Program-made: the position numbers and the translations under genes
Assembly: GCA_017654855.1 (NCBI GenBank)
Contig: CM030335.1
Location: forward strand, 1,798,001-1,862,000
DNA: 64,000 bases
Source: Podospora anserina
Lineage: Eukaryota
Direction of reading: 5' to 3'
Notes under the pieces: generated by a model
Database searches by the model: none
Told to the model about the DNA's origin: nothing
The model's input: the letters and a program-made list of their open reading frames with translations, nothing else
Shown: piece by piece, positions 36,897 through 50,131 of the stretch
Layout: the number at the start of each line of letters is the position of its first letter
How positions within the stretch are numbered: the first letter of the stretch is position 1

Positions 36897-37948
36897 GAGT
36901 GGTGAGCACCTTTTCCACAGGAAAAAGAAAGTGTAACCACTACACTACTAGACTGGTAGTTGTCTCTGCTATTTGATACCTGCTACATCCGGGACCTTAT
37001 ACATAAAGGGTCTGTTGGCAGTTGGTGTCTGTTGTGGTTGCTGGGCCAGCGTGGGAGGGCAGCATGTCATGTGATGTTGTGCTGTGTTGATGTCGACCGA
37101 GCCGGCAGCAGAGCGAGGTGGTGTTGGCGGTGCTGTGACAGTGGCAGTCCTCAGGAGACTGCTCCAGGTGACATGACTTGCAAACGGGTCTCGATGACAG
37201 CCATGTGGTCATGATATCCGGGCAAGCTTCATTAACTAGGTACATACTCATCACATTGAACATGTCTAGCCTCGAAAAGATATTCCTCAGGCTCGTCAGG
37301 ATGTCAATCTTAGGTGTCCGGTGCAGGTAATGACGTTGCATTACATAGTCACGATATTCGGACTGAATTCAGGGGAGATTTGATTTACGAATTTGTTTTC
37401 CCCACCCTGCCCCTGACAGCACTTGGCAACCGCAGCATCGGGTTCGCGCTAAATGAGGCGAGACGCGGTGCACGAGCCTCCGGAAGGGGGGCCGCGTGAA
37501 CTGGCTCCCGACTTCCCGCTCATGCATTTTCTGGGATTCTTCTTCAGGCGATTCCAGAGCAATCTTGTTGCTGATCCGCATCTTGCCAGCGCCGTTCGGT
37601 TTTTTTTTTCTCTTCTTTCTTTTCTGTTCTGCAAAAGACTAGAGTTGCTACCTACTACGCACACATTTTTCTAATCTCCCGACTTCTTCTTCCACCTTCA
37701 TTTGCTGCCCATCGTTTCTGCTTACCAATTGCCCCTATCTCGCCAACTCTTGCATGGGTCGTGGTATCTGACTTTGCGCCGTCAACACGCCGGCTCCCAA
37801 CTTGCATTGACGCACAAGACACCACCAGCGGGAACCTGTGCGTTGACGGTTCGATGCTTGTCCCGTCATTCCTGCCATTGACTTTTCCGATACCCACCCC
37901 AGCGGCCAAGCAAGCTCCAAGTTCCAACAGCACCACACACACCTCGCC

Positions 37949-40900
37949 ATGGAGGAGCCACGACAGACCAAGCCGACCGGCATTCCTAGGCTCTCCAAAA
38001 TACCTGTTCCTGGCCAAACAACATCCACATCCAAGCTTCCTGTACCGCGATCTAATTCTGTACGAACATCGCCCTCGCGGGAATCCCTGAAACCCAGTAC
38101 CACCACCGGACAACTACGCAATCCAAAGCTCAGGACCGCCGCCTCTCGCGATCAATTGGCGACGGCAGCCAGCTCACCTGTTCCCGTTCGCTCCGTATCA
38201 TCACCCCATACCAGGACATCGCTTTCACACACGTCTGGAAATGCTAGGAATGCCGCGTACAAGGCCAACCCAGGCTTCACCCCCCAACCCATGAGGCTGC
38301 TGAAACCAGGAGGACAGCCCGCGAACCAGTCCACACGCTCGACCTCAACTTCCCGTGCCCCAAAACGTCAGCCTTCTCAGCAGTGGATTTCTGCCGCTAC
38401 GGTCGACGAGCCGCTGATCGAGGAACCCGAACATACTGTAACTGTGGAATATGTTGGAGATGATGTTGAGTTGGAGTCTCCCCCCGATTCAGCAAAGCTA
38501 CGACCTTCGCTTTTCGAGAGAACCATGGAAACCTTGTCTCGTCTACCCTCCTCGCCCTCGGTCAAAGGAAAAGCTGCGGCATCCTTCTTCGATGTCACTG
38601 GTAACGGCAGACAGTCGCCGTCACGACCTGGGAGTCGGTCCTCTCGGCCCGGATCGAGTCACCAGTCTGAGGGTTCAAGTGGCCATTCACGCGGCAGCAG
38701 ACCAGGCTCTCGCGTGGGCTTGGATTCTCCGGTAACATCAACCTTCGGATCACGAATTGCCACCTATCAGACGACCGTCTCCACTGTTGAGAGCATACCC
38801 CTACGTGGCAGGAGAAGCATTCAATCATTCCAGCTACACTCTGTCAAGACACCATCAAAGGGTGTCCGGACTTCGGTTTATGAGATCAAGTCCCCATCCA
38901 CCATTTCCTTCCCTCGCACTCGCACGCCCAGCCCTGAGAAGCAGGCCCCGGATGTTGCCGTATCACGGTTTGGCGCAAAGACCGTGGCTACCGGTTTGAG
39001 GAAACGGCAATCAGTGAATGGGCTGATGAAGAAACCGTCCACACCTGCACTCCGCAAACAGCCGCCAACTGAGACAACTAGAAAAGCCTCTTCAGCATCG
39101 CAAATGTCTTCGGCCACTTCAAACGAGGGGACGCACCTGTCTGGCGGCTCGGTTGTATCAGGAAGCACTGCACTCACAGCAGATTCCGGAGATTCCACCC
39201 CCGGACAAGCATACCGCAAAGCTTCGTCCGCTCTGCGTGAGCAAATCGCCAAGGCAAAGGCGGCGAAGCGAGCTGCTGCTTCACAGCAAGCATTTTCTGA
39301 GCTTGGAAGTAGTCTACCTGAGGAGCCTCCTCTGGTGCCGACTGACAACAGCTTTGACTTTGGCTTACACCATGACCCCTTCAATCAGCACCGTGATGAT
39401 AAATCGCAGGAAAAGGTGCTGCGAAGCCGGCTGGAGACAGCGAGGACCAGTGGTCGGCTCAACATTGCCGCCATGGGTCTTCGAGAAATCCCAGCTGACG
39501 TTCTCAACATGTACAATCTTGAGTTGGTTGGACAATCTGGCGGTGCCTGGGCCGAGAGTGTTGATCTCACCAGGTTTGTTGCTGCTGACAACGAGCTGGA
39601 GATGATTGCCGAATCTGTGTTCCCAGATGTCGACCCCCAGGAATTTGCGGATGATGAGGATAGCCAAGGAAATATCTTTTTGGGACTGGAGACATTGGAC
39701 TTGCATGGAAACATGCTCATTTCCTTGCCGATGGGGTTGAGACGCCTATCGTTGCTCACTTCGCTCAATCTGGTAAGTTTGCACAATGCAGTCGAGATAT
39801 CACTTGGTCCTTTACTGACGACCATTCAAAGTCTGTCAACCGACTGGCGAACAACTCGCTCGAGGTTATATCTCAGATCACCTCTCTGCGCGACCTGAAA
39901 CTCGGTGGCAACCTTTTGTACGGGCCACTTGAACCTTGCCTCTCCGACTTGAAGAACCTTGAAATTTTGGATCTTCATGGCAACAACATTGCATCATTGC
40001 CTACCAACTTTGGCAGCCTTTCTCGTCTTAGGATTCTCAACATTGGCGAGAACGGGTTCGAGACTCTGCCTTTCGAGATGCTTGCGGCCTTGCCCCTGAC
40101 AGAGCTAATTGCACGCAAGAACCAGCTGCGCGGCACACTCGTGGAAGAGCCGGTGCAATCGCTTCCAACCCTTCAGATATTGGATGTTTCTTCCAACCAA
40201 CTGGCGCATATTTGCTCGACGGGTCGCTCGATTGCCATGCCTGCTTTACACCAGCTGTGTGTTTCGATGAATCGCCTACAGTCGCTTCCCGACATTGGGA
40301 ACTGGGCCGCTTTGCATACCATTGCGGCTGACGAGAACAGCATCAATGCTATCCCTGAAGGATTCACCAAGCTGTCTCAGCTTCGCTCTGTTGACTTTTC
40401 TAGCAATGACATTCGGGTCATCCCTGCCGAGATTGGCCAGATGGAGAGTCTTGCCATGCTTCGGCTGAGTGGTAACCCTTTGCGAGAGAAGAAGTTCAGT
40501 ACCATGAGCACCGAGGAGATGAAGGAGATACTTGCTCAGAGACTCGAGCCGCCCACAGATTTTGAGATGCAGCCCGAACCTCAGCTTGAACCACAGCCTG
40601 AACCCCACGTCGAAGCTCACCCTGAACCCCCAGCCGAGGCTCAACCTGAACTTCAGCCTGAACCTCAAATCGAACCTCAACCTGAACTCCAAGCCGCACC
40701 TCGGGTTGAACCCCAAACCCAGCCAGCTCAAACTGATGGTGCGGAAGAGACGCCTGTCCCGCAGGTGACGGGGCCTGTTGCCTCCCACGACGACGCTGAC
40801 GACAGTCGCTCCGATATGGACGATTTTGCGACCCCGCCAACGTCCGCGCCGGCGTCCCCTGCTCGATCACGATCGCAAACCATCACCGGACAAATGTGGC

Positions 40901-41604
40901 CCGTTAAGCCCGGCGGCGTTTTGGACCGGTCCAACACCGAGTCATCCTCTCTGCACCCCCTCATCAGCTCCAAGGTTGCGGCCAGCAACCAAGTCAAGGA
41001 AATCCAGCTCCACCACAACCTGTTTACCTGCCTCCCGGAATCCCTGACCTTTTTTGCCGAGACGATGACTGCGCTGTCGCTGGCTCACAACCAGCTGGTC
41101 CGGGAATCCTACCTGGGAGGCGCCAGCGGCAACGAAAAGATTGAGCTCCCAGCTCTGAAGGAACTCAACCTCTCGCACAACCACATTACCGGTTTAGGCC
41201 CACTGGTCGCCCATCTGATGGCGCCGAATCTGGAAAAGGTCGATGTGAGCTTCAACCGGATCTCGTGTCTGCCGCCGGGGACGACGCTGAGGGATGCGTT
41301 TCCCGAGTTGGTGGTGCTGCACATTTCGAATAATCACCTGGTGGAGCTGGAGCCGGAGTCGATTACGGGGATGAGGGTTGTGGATGCTAGTAATAATGAT
41401 ATTGCGCATTTGAATCCGAGGATTGGGTTGCTGGGGGGTGTGCTGGAGAGGTTGGAGGTGAGCGGGAATCGGTTTAGGGTGCCGAAGTGGAGTGTGCTGG
41501 AGAGGGGGACGGAGGCTACGCTGCGGTGGTTGAGGGGGCGGGTGCCGGTTGCGGAGATAGGGGAGGCGGCTAGGGGGGAGGGGGCGGGGGAGGAGGTTGA
41601 TTGA
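37949..41604 (+). CDS. Leucine-rich-repeat protein (LRRC40-like) with long Ser/Pro/Arg-rich N-terminus
   Basis: ARTSGRLNIAAMGLREIP, many LxxLdLxxNxl repeats, LEVSGNRFRVP...GTEATLRWLRGRVP; intron ~39772-39831. Confidence 0.9.
40570..40725 (+). repeat. Coding 12-nt repeat encoding a QPE(P/L)-type linker
   Basis: QPEPQLEPQPEPHVEAHPEPPAEAQPELQPEPQIEPQPELQ. Confidence 0.8.
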
Positions 41605-42391
41605 CTGTTTGGAGGGTTCAAGTGGTTTTCTGTTGTGTGGTTTCTGATGGGGGTGTTTTTTCCGGTGGGGGGTTTGGTGGGATATTATTTTTAACTCTGG
41701 GCTGCGAGGTTTTTCTTGTTTCTTCGCTTCTCACTCGCGGTTTGCTGTTTCTTGTAGGTTATTATTCGCTAGGGCTCTCTTTTTTCTTTTCTGGGGCCGA
41801 GTATGTTTGATACCATTTCTTGAGGGTTGTTTCTACTGGGTGGTGGCGGTGTGTAGGGAGTGTATTTAATTGTGTATCATTACCTTCTGTCTGGGCTGGT
41901 TTGTCTGGCTTGTCTACCCGGCTTGAAGGGGGATGGGGAGGGTAAGCTTTGCGGCTGAGGCGTGCCTTATCTTTCTATTGCTCTTCTCTGGAGTACCGTT
42001 TATTCAACGGCCGTAGAGAAGAAGAGCATGACACATAACCCTAACCCCCACACTTTCCCCCTTCCCAAGTTCTAAACCCGGCCCCACAATAATTACCCCC
42101 TGGTCGGTGCACCCTTGTATCACCCCTGACGCGCCACGGTGTGCAACTGCTTGCGCGCCGGACGGACCACCAGCCTCCAAAGTGTCCCTTTGCAATTCAA
42201 CGACGACAGACAATCACCACCACCCCAACCCGCGCGCTCATTTTGGCATGTCTCCCCGTTCCAGTCAATCCTCCCAATTCCAATCAACTAACAGTTCCCT
42301 CTCTAATTCCAGATTTCCATTTTCTACCCTCCTTCATCTTACGAGTCTCCACCAACCATCAAGCAACAACTTTCCTTTCAAAACGAAAACA

Positions 42392-42811
42392 ATGACGCGC
42401 GCCCAGCAGACCATCTCCCTCGCCTTGTTGGTGACTTCGGTTCGCTCACACGACCTTGCCAGTCCCATAAACGATTGCTGATAAATTGTGTGGTGGAATA
42501 GCTCTACCTCTCCCTCTACTTGGGCTTGATCCCCTTACCAGCTGTTGTTCAGGACGAGATTATCCATGTGGTGAGTCCCCCCACCCCTTTTTTGGGTTAT
42601 AATGTGCGGTGGGTGGTGGTGGTGGTGGGTTAACAAAGTAAATAACAAGCTCCCCTTCTGGTCCCTCGTCACGTTTGGCGCCTGGCTGCTCTTCCGGTTG
42701 GGATGGGGCATGCTCACCTTCAAGGACACGCCCGAGGCGTACGCCGAGTTGATGGAGGAGATTAAGCTGGCCAAGGCGGATTTGAGGGTTAGGGGGGTGG
42801 ATGTTGATTAA
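42392..42811 (+). CDS. DPM3: Dolichol-phosphate mannosyltransferase subunit 3, 2 introns
   Basis: MTRAQQ...|...LPFWSLVTFGAWLLFRLGWGMLTFKDTPEAYAELMEEIKLAKADLRVRGVDVD. Confidence 0.93.
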
Positions 42812-43273
42812 AATGTGGCGACTACAGATAAAAGGATACGGGTGTTGGGGGGCGGGGGGCGGATGGGAAGAGATAGGAAAATGAAAAAGATGATAATACA
42901 AAAAGTATTGTGAGATCCAAGAAGGCAAAAAGCTCACCAAGCCTCCCTCCCAGGCTTGGGTACGAAAAACCCCGAAAGGTTTTACTTTGACAAAGACTCG
43001 AACGAACGCCCCTTGGTACCTACATTGTAGGGCCTTACCTAGGTCGGCGCCGCGACTCCCAATACTGCTACGCCATTTGGCGAGAGCCGGGTTGGGAGTC
43101 TTGTTCGGTGGGGGAAGGTGCGGGATGCTAGTACTTATACGTGGGAGCAGCTGTGATAGCGGAAGGTGCGTCGCAGATAAGGCATGTCACGAGCTATCAT
43201 TTCATGCTACAAGATGCTGATAAATACATGTGTGTTTCTGGGACCAACACAGCTCTGGTGCTGTCTCCTGCTC

Positions 43274-45241
43274 TCATGATGTCTGCTCCCCAGCAAGCAG
43301 AGACACCACCGTCCGTACAGCGATAAGAGGATCTTCACCTCCCTGTACAAGCTCGTCAAACAGCCTCGGTATCCCAGACAATTGCCCCCTTTCGTCATGT
43401 TTACGCCCTGTGATATTTTGTCAGTCACTAGTCGACATTCGCAGGAGAAGAAAAAAAGAGAACTCACACTTCCCCGGCATCCCCACCAAAACCCCAATAT
43501 CACTCCTCGCCTCCCCCGTCCAGTCGAACTCAATCTTCCACATCACCCTCAACCCCGACACCTCCCCCTCCCCCTCCCCCTTTCCATTCAACACCGGAAC
43601 CTCGAGATCCAAGCACGTCTTCCCCATATACGGAAGCAGCTCCCCAGTATCATACCTCTCCTCTTCCTCCTCCCCCTCCTCCTCCTCCTCATCCTCATCC
43701 TCCTCGCCCCCCCTCTTCCTCACCCTATTCCTCTTCTTCCTCTCCCTCAACTTCCTCACCATCCCCCCCAACCGCCTCTTATCCCCCACCTCCCGTTCCA
43801 AAACCCTCCAAACCTTGGCCCTCTCCACCCCCACCCTCACCCACTCCCCCATCGCCCAAGTCAACACACTAATATTGTTCCCCAACCCACTACTCGCCAC
43901 CCCGCCATCCCCCAGCCCGTCAACAATCCTCCTCACAAACGGCCCCAACTCCCCCTCGGCCCCAGCCGGATCCATCCTCGGCACGGCAATCCCCGTCACC
44001 CCCAAAGTCCTGGTATTAACACTCATCTCAATCCTCGCCGTGAACAACCCCCTACAAGGCTTAGCCGAAGTAACAGTGATAAAATGCTGCTGCACCAGCG
44101 GCTCCCCTTCTTCTTCCCGCGGCAAAGGGAATATTTGAGACGTAAAACTTAATGGTGTGAACGCCCGGAGAAAAGGGAGGGATTCAGCTGCTGACATGGG
44201 GAGAGGGTGGTGGGATATGATCGGTTTGTCCAGGTTATCCGGTGCCGGTTCGGGAGGAGAAGAAGAAAGAGGCTTGCTGAACGGGAGGAAGGAGATAGGG
44301 TTGAGCGCCGAGGCGAGCCAGTCGTCTGCTGGTGTGGGGAGGGGTTCTTTCTCTGGGGGGAGGGCGTGCCGCCGGAGGAGGGAGAGGATCTCTTCTGGGT
44401 TTGGTGGTGGGGAGGCTTCCTTTTTGGCAAGACGACTTTGCCTTAGGCGCTCGTTTTCTGCTGTGGCGAAGGAGAGGTCTTTTTCTAGGGAGGCGAGTTC
44501 TGCGTGGAGGGAGTTGAGGAGGTTCTTCTTGTCTGCGTCGGGGTCGATGGGTCTTAGGCCTCGTAGTTCGGCGGTTGTGGGTTCGGGGGGTGCTGGAGGG
44601 GGGCTTTGCTGGCCCTTTTTGCCGGGGGATGGGGGCGGTTGTTGGGTGGGATCGTCGAGCTGGCCTGGTTCTGCTGGTCGAAGGGGGGGCTGTTTGAGGG
44701 GGGATGAGCTCTTGATTCTCTCCGCTAGGGCCTTGCTTCGTTTTGGTCTTCTAGACGGGGTGTTGTGTATCCCTGATGGAGGCGTGCTGACTACGGGATC
44801 GGGTCGTTCGGGGGTTGGCGGGAGCTCTGGTTCGGGAACTACAACCTCGGGGAGCACGCCGAGGGGTGGTGATCGCCGGAGACCTCGGCGAGCAAAGGGG
44901 TTGATTGCTTCGGCAGCCTCCTCGGGTGCCGGGGGTGGGAGTGGTCGTGGTACGGGTCTTGGAAGTGCGCTTTTCGCTTTCGGTCGTCTTGCTGGTGAAC
45001 GGAGGCCCTTATCCTCCTCGCCTACGTTGGCTCCGGTGTTCTGACCCCTCTCCTCTGCTGATGCCGCATCCCGTTTCGCGGACCGTAGGTCGAGCTGCTT
45101 TCTAAGCGCTCGTGTTAAGCCCCCGGTGCTATCGGGGGTCTCGGCGGACAGAGGCGCATTTGGTGATACTTGCGACCCGGGCTGTATCTGAACAGCGGTT
45201 CGAGGTGAGGTTCTCCTTCTCTTGGGCGCTGAAGTTTCCAT
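43274..45241 (-). CDS. Conserved nuclear protein, probable CENP-P/Ctf19 inner-kinetochore subunit
   Basis: Disordered N-terminus, coiled coil, then a beta-rich region ending WKIEFDWTG...PGK|WRKHDERGQLSGIPRLFDELVQGG...AVRTVVSLL*; intron ~43468-43409. Confidence 0.7.
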
Positions 45242-45905
45242 GGTGGCGTAATTCAGATGTTGTCTATCTAATCATGGTCGCATACAGGTTTGGCGCGAGA
45301 AGACAGTTGCGGACGCGTCAAATCTGCTGTGTTGTGCTTGCGCGCTGGGTTGATGTGGTCGGGATGTTGCTTTGCGCTGCTGTGCTGGAAAATTGCCAAG
45401 ACCAGGCCAAAAGGCTGTCTGATGGACTAAATGTACAGCTACTGTATCACGGGTTGAAGATGTGCTGAAAAGGCCTAGTGTTTCTAACAATATAGAGGCT
45501 ACTGAGAGAATATGAAGTGCTGTATGCCTCAGGGCAATTGACGCTCTCTTCAATTACCATATCGCAATCGCCGCCATGGCAATGTAAACACTGATGTTGA
45601 ACCTCTTAGACTACACGTGATCTGACACGTGCAGTCGTCAAGGTGGATGATTTGCTCTTGACAGGTGATCCGTGCTTTCCATGACGTTAGCGGCATGTCC
45701 TCGGCACAAATTCTTGAAATCCGGTGTCCCGCAGCGCAATGGACCCCTGCCTCGACCACAATTGAAATCTCGTCCGATAAGTAACCGTTTTCTCCCCCAA
45801 AGTCCCCGGGTGCCTCTCCCAACCGCCAACGCTTCTTTTCCTCCGCTTCCTGCAGACTTCCGCAAACTCTAAACTCGCACCCACACTTCAGACTCCCCCA
45901 AAAAA

Positions 45906-47075
45906 ATGCGGAGATCCATCTTCACTGCGCAGCCCGCCGCGCGCGCTATGAGCCGGGCCCTGAGCAACCAGCCCACCCGCCGCGCATTCGCTTCCACCCC
46001 CGCGACCCCCATTGAGCCCTCCAAGGAGCAAGCTCACCCGATCGGCCCCTTTTACGAATCCGTCCTTCGCACCCCCTCCGGTCCCTTCCCCAAGGTCAAG
46101 CCCGAAGAGCCCCCCGTCACCTCCCAATCCAACCCCAAGTCCATGCCCGATCCCGCCCCCGCCCCCGCCGAAAAGCCCCCCGCCGAAAAGGAGAAGCCGA
46201 CCGAGAAGCAAGCCCCCAACGCCGAGGAGAAACCCTCCACCAAACCCGCCCCCGCTCCCCCCAAGGAGGAGAAGCCAAAGCCCTCCCCCAAGGCCGCCGC
46301 CGTCGAGGAAGAAAAGCCAGTCGAGGCCCCCATCGCCGAGGAAAAGAAGCCGTTGAAGCGCACCCGCAAGCCACGAAGCACCGGAACCAAGTCCGTTGAT
46401 TCCTCCCCCCATTCTTCTTCTGCTGTTTCTTCTGCCCAAGAATCACCACTTTCTTCCTCTTCATCATCCACCACAATTCCTCCAACCCCCAAATCCGGCC
46501 CCAACCCCGCTATCCTCCTCCCCTCCGACCAACCGCCAACCTCCTCCTCGAAAGAAGAACTCCCTTCTAACACGGCCTCCGAACAGAACTCCCAACGCAC
46601 AAGAGTAATCTTTGGCTCCTCCCTCGCCGGCCCCGCCGAGCGCGCCGAACGCCTCGCCCGCATAAAATCCGAATCCCGCCTCATCAACGGTGTCCTCGTG
46701 CCCCCAAAACCAGAAGAACCAGACAATTGCTGCATGAGCGGGTGTGTAAACTGCGTCTGGGATCGGTTTCGTGACGAGATGGAGGATTGGGCTGCAAAGT
46801 CCAAACTTGCGGAAGCGAGGATGGAGGCTGCGACAGAAGTGGGAGAACAGGTGGGGGTTACGCAGGACAGTATAGAGAGCACAAATACCACTAGTACTAC
46901 TATGGAGGATGATGGCGGTGGCTCGGTCGCGAATTGGGATGCGGATGGGAAAACAACTAGAGATCTTTGGGATGAGGAGCTGTACAAGAACGTGCCGGTG
47001 GGGATTAGGGAGTTTATGAAGCAGGAGAAGAAGTTGAAGGAGAAGCATGCTAGGGAGGGGACTTTGGGGGGTTAA
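45906..47075 (+). CDS. Mitochondrial oxidoreductase-like domain protein (YPL107W/Dpc25-like)
   Basis: Presequence-like N-terminus; PPKPEEPDNCCMSGCVNCVWD; VPVGIREFMKQEKKLK. Confidence 0.85.
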   Translation: MRRSIFTAQPAARAMSRALSNQPTRRAFASTPATPIEPSKEQAHPIGPFYESVLRTPSGPFPKVKPEEPPVTSQSNPKSMPDPAPAPAEKPPAEKEKPTEKQAPNAEEKPSTKPAPAPPKEEKPKPSPKAAAVEEEKPVEAPIAEEKKPLKRTRKPRSTGTKSVDSSPHSSSAVSSAQESPLSSSSSSTTIPPTPKSGPNPAILLPSDQPPTSSSKEELPSNTASEQNSQRTRVIFGSSLAGPAERAERLARIKSESRLINGVLVPPKPEEPDNCCMSGCVNCVWDRFRDEMEDWAAKSKLAEARMEAATEVGEQVGVTQDSIESTNTTSTTMEDDGGGSVANWDADGKTTRDLWDEELYKNVPVGIREFMKQEKKLKEKHAREGTLGG

Positions 47076-47657
47076 GATTGTGGGTAGACGTGTGACGATG
47101 CTGTACGATATCAGGAACTGTTTTTTCCTCCTTTTGTCAACCCTTCTAGAGAGAGTCCCTTTGTTATTGGTGGTGGCGGTGGTTTTTGTTTGTTGAATAC
47201 CCATGGAAGTTGCGGACTGTTGTAGATCTCATGGCCAAGTTGCGGTGGGAGGTATGGGTGATTTTTTAATTGACGCGGGTTGCGCGTCTTTCAGTTTTGT
47301 GGCCTCAGTGCATCGTGATTCTTGAGGCGGGTTGCTATGTATGTCCATGGGAGGCTGATGTCGCAAGTATGTTTATATATATCCAAGGCTTTTCCTGAAC
47401 TGGCTGCTGTCCTCCAACTCCTCGAACCCATGTCATAGGATCAACACCCCATCTATGACCTCTCCGTCCCCGTGTAAGCATCCCCAGACGCCATGTCCCC
47501 TTCTGTCAAAATCTCCAAGTAATGCTCAGAAAACCCCCGCTGGCTTTCCCCATTCTTCCGTTACTCCGTAGGTATCATCACGGGAACACAATGCTATTTC
47601 TGTTTTTTGGGTATTTTCTCTTTTTTTTGGGTTGTTAGGTTGCTATCATCCCCGTAT

Positions 47658-48437
47658 TTAGGCCTGAGACTTCTTGGCCAAGGCAGCAGCAGCATTGGCA
47701 TCGTGCTCGTCAATGTCAATGGCCTCCCAGGGGTAGCAGATCCACTCGTCGCCGACCGTCCTCGCGGCCCAGTAGCGGCCGTTGGTGACATCCTCGGGGA
47801 GGGTGCCGCGCTTTTGCTTGTCCTTGTTCTATTTTTCTGTCAGTCACCATTCACTTCACCTTCTCAGTCAAAGGGAAACCTTACATGAAGCACAAAAATT
47901 CCAAACTCAGTCTTCTCATCCACACCAAGCTTGGCCCTCACCTCCTCGACATCCTTCTGGAGCTCCTTGACGGCGTACTCGAGCGTGGTCCTCGTGTCGT
48001 CCACCTCGTCCACGATCAAGATGCGCTTCCCGACCAGGTTCTTCATGGAGCCCAGCGCCGTGAGGTCGAGCCACTGGGTGCGCGTGACCTTGTGGCCGAC
48101 CTGCTCGACGACCTGGTCGGCCGCGTTGGGGAGCTGCTCGTACAGGGACAGACCGATGGCCTGGATCGGGATGTTTGGGCTGCCGGGCTGCTTGAGGAAG
48201 GAGCGGAGGATGCGGGCGGGGACGTAGCCGCCTCCGCCGATGGCGATCATGAGGTCAGGCTTGAACTCGGAGAGGATGGGGATGGCGGACTCTTGGCAGA
48301 GTTTGTGTACCTTTTGGGGGAGGGCATGTTAGTGATGGTGTGGGGTAGTGTGGTGGACTGGGAACACAAGGTAGGTGGGCGGGTAAAAGAACGGGTAGAC
48401 TAACATCGTTGTACGTGACGTAGAGCTTCTCGACCAT
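47658..48437 (-). CDS. Hypoxanthine/xanthine-guanine phosphoribosyltransferase (Hpt1/Xpt1 type), 2 introns
   Basis: KLYVTYND|VHKLCQ, MIAIGGGGYVPARILRSFL, ILIVDEVDDTRTTL, WICYPWEA. Confidence 0.93.
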
Positions 48438-49599
48438 CTTGACTGGTTTTCTTGGGTTTTTTGTGTCGGTGTTTGACCGTTGATGAGGGTCCTCGTCGGA
48501 TACTTGGAAGGCAATGGTGGGGGGATTTTATAAGTCGCGGTTTCAGGCGGGGTTATTTACGACGCTGCGATGATACCCGATAAGCGAATGCTCTTCTCTC
48601 TTTCGGGACGTGGGAATTCACACGAGGGGGATAATATTCACAGTTTTCAAAAGAAGGGAGAGGGAGAAAGTAAGAAATTATCAGTCAGAAAGCATGCAAG
48701 AAAAAAAGTTTGGATCTGAAAATCAGTTGAACCCCACCCCACCAGGGAATGGGATTGTTCCAAAAAAATTCTGGAACCCCGCAGTCGTCCAAAACGGCTT
48801 TCCCCCGTCCGCCATCCCGCGCGCTTTTTTTTCGCGGTTGCTTGAGCCCAGGCCAGGGGTCCCCAGATGACGATGTTCCAGAATGCGCTAACGGGAAGCG
48901 GCAGGTAGGTTTCAGCGGGACCTCTATATTTACGGCCCCCCAGGTTATACTTTCACGGCCTTCTAACCTCATTAGGTTGAACGTTGCAGATTTACCCGTT
49001 TCTCCCCACAATGCAAACCGCAGGTAAATTTGCGTGCAGCTTGTATGACCGTAAGACAGTGCCAGTCGTTCCTAGAAATCGATGCTGAGTTAGATTTTTG
49101 AAGGTTTTGAGTGAGGGTCTTGATATTACGGCGGTGAAGGTGTAGTGGTGAGGGGGTGGTGGTGATGTTTGATGATGACAGTGGTGGTGGTTACAAACCC
49201 TGACCCTCTGTTTAACCAAGCGGCTTCCATTAATGAAAAGGGCTCATTTTCCTGCCTTTTTTCTATATTATTTCTGGTCCTGGAGCATGCGCGTATCGGC
49301 TGAAAATGAAAGGCAAAGTTCTGGAAATCAAATCGCTATGTTCATCGATGCAAATTGCAGCAAAAATTGGGTGTGTTTGACATCGCGCTGCATTTCCCCA
49401 ATAGGTTAGAGACCACAAAAATATAATCCGTAGACCGTCGATATAGAGCTCCGGCGTTTCAGCGGCAGCTGAGTTGGTAAGCGGAGTTCGCCGATGACCT
49501 CTGTTTCAGTCTTAACATATCATGGTGATGGTAACATCTTTTCACTCTACCGTTTTCCACGTCGGACAGAACAGCCAACTCGTTTCCCGACGACTTCTT

Positions 49600-49894
49600 T
49601 TCCACAAGAAAAAGCAGCATTAACTCAGTTCGATAGCACCAGTCCAGTATCCTTTGACCAGAGTCTCAACGAACCAGAAAAGCACGGTTATGTCAACGAG
49701 AGAAGAACTCGAGATACGCCAAAGACGTTGTTCGAGATGAGTAGGAAGGAATAGTTCCATCCCGTAAAGTGTGCTGATGCATACAGCAGCGTTGCAATGC
49801 ATGAGTACGAGCTCTCCTTCCATGTCAGTCGAGAAAGCTTGATGTCGCCAACATGGGTCAGTGGCAGAATATCATAAGCGGATGAGAGGGCCAT
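49600..49894 (-). pseudogene. Fragment of a fungal integral-membrane protein gene
   Basis: LLYASAHFTGWNYSF and PTHLEQRLWRISS lie in adjacent frames, i.e. a frameshifted H..aWn..FPT..E..LWR.SS motif. Confidence 0.55.
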
Positions 49895-50131
49895 GACGAT
49901 GTGTAGATTTCAAAGCACATTTTGATCTGAAGTCATGTTTAAAGTCCAGAGGGGTTAGTAGATAACAGTGCACTATTGCACGCCGTTTCTCTACAGCTAA
50001 ATCTATCCCTCGAGTTGCCTTCCTACGCCTCACAACTTCTGAATATCATCCCGAGTGCCACTCTCCTTGGCCCCAACACGGCCACACCATCAAACAACCT
50101 ACGACAGACTCAGTCGTAGCCCCCATTAACA

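Noticed and set aside
30580..36900. Spok spore-killer gene or Starship captain in the island
   Set aside because: No long ORF or recognisable Spok or tyrosine-recombinase sequence is visible.
43230..47204. Long antisense ORFs over the CENP-P candidate and the oxidoreductase-like gene
   Set aside because: Explained by skewed, stop-poor composition.
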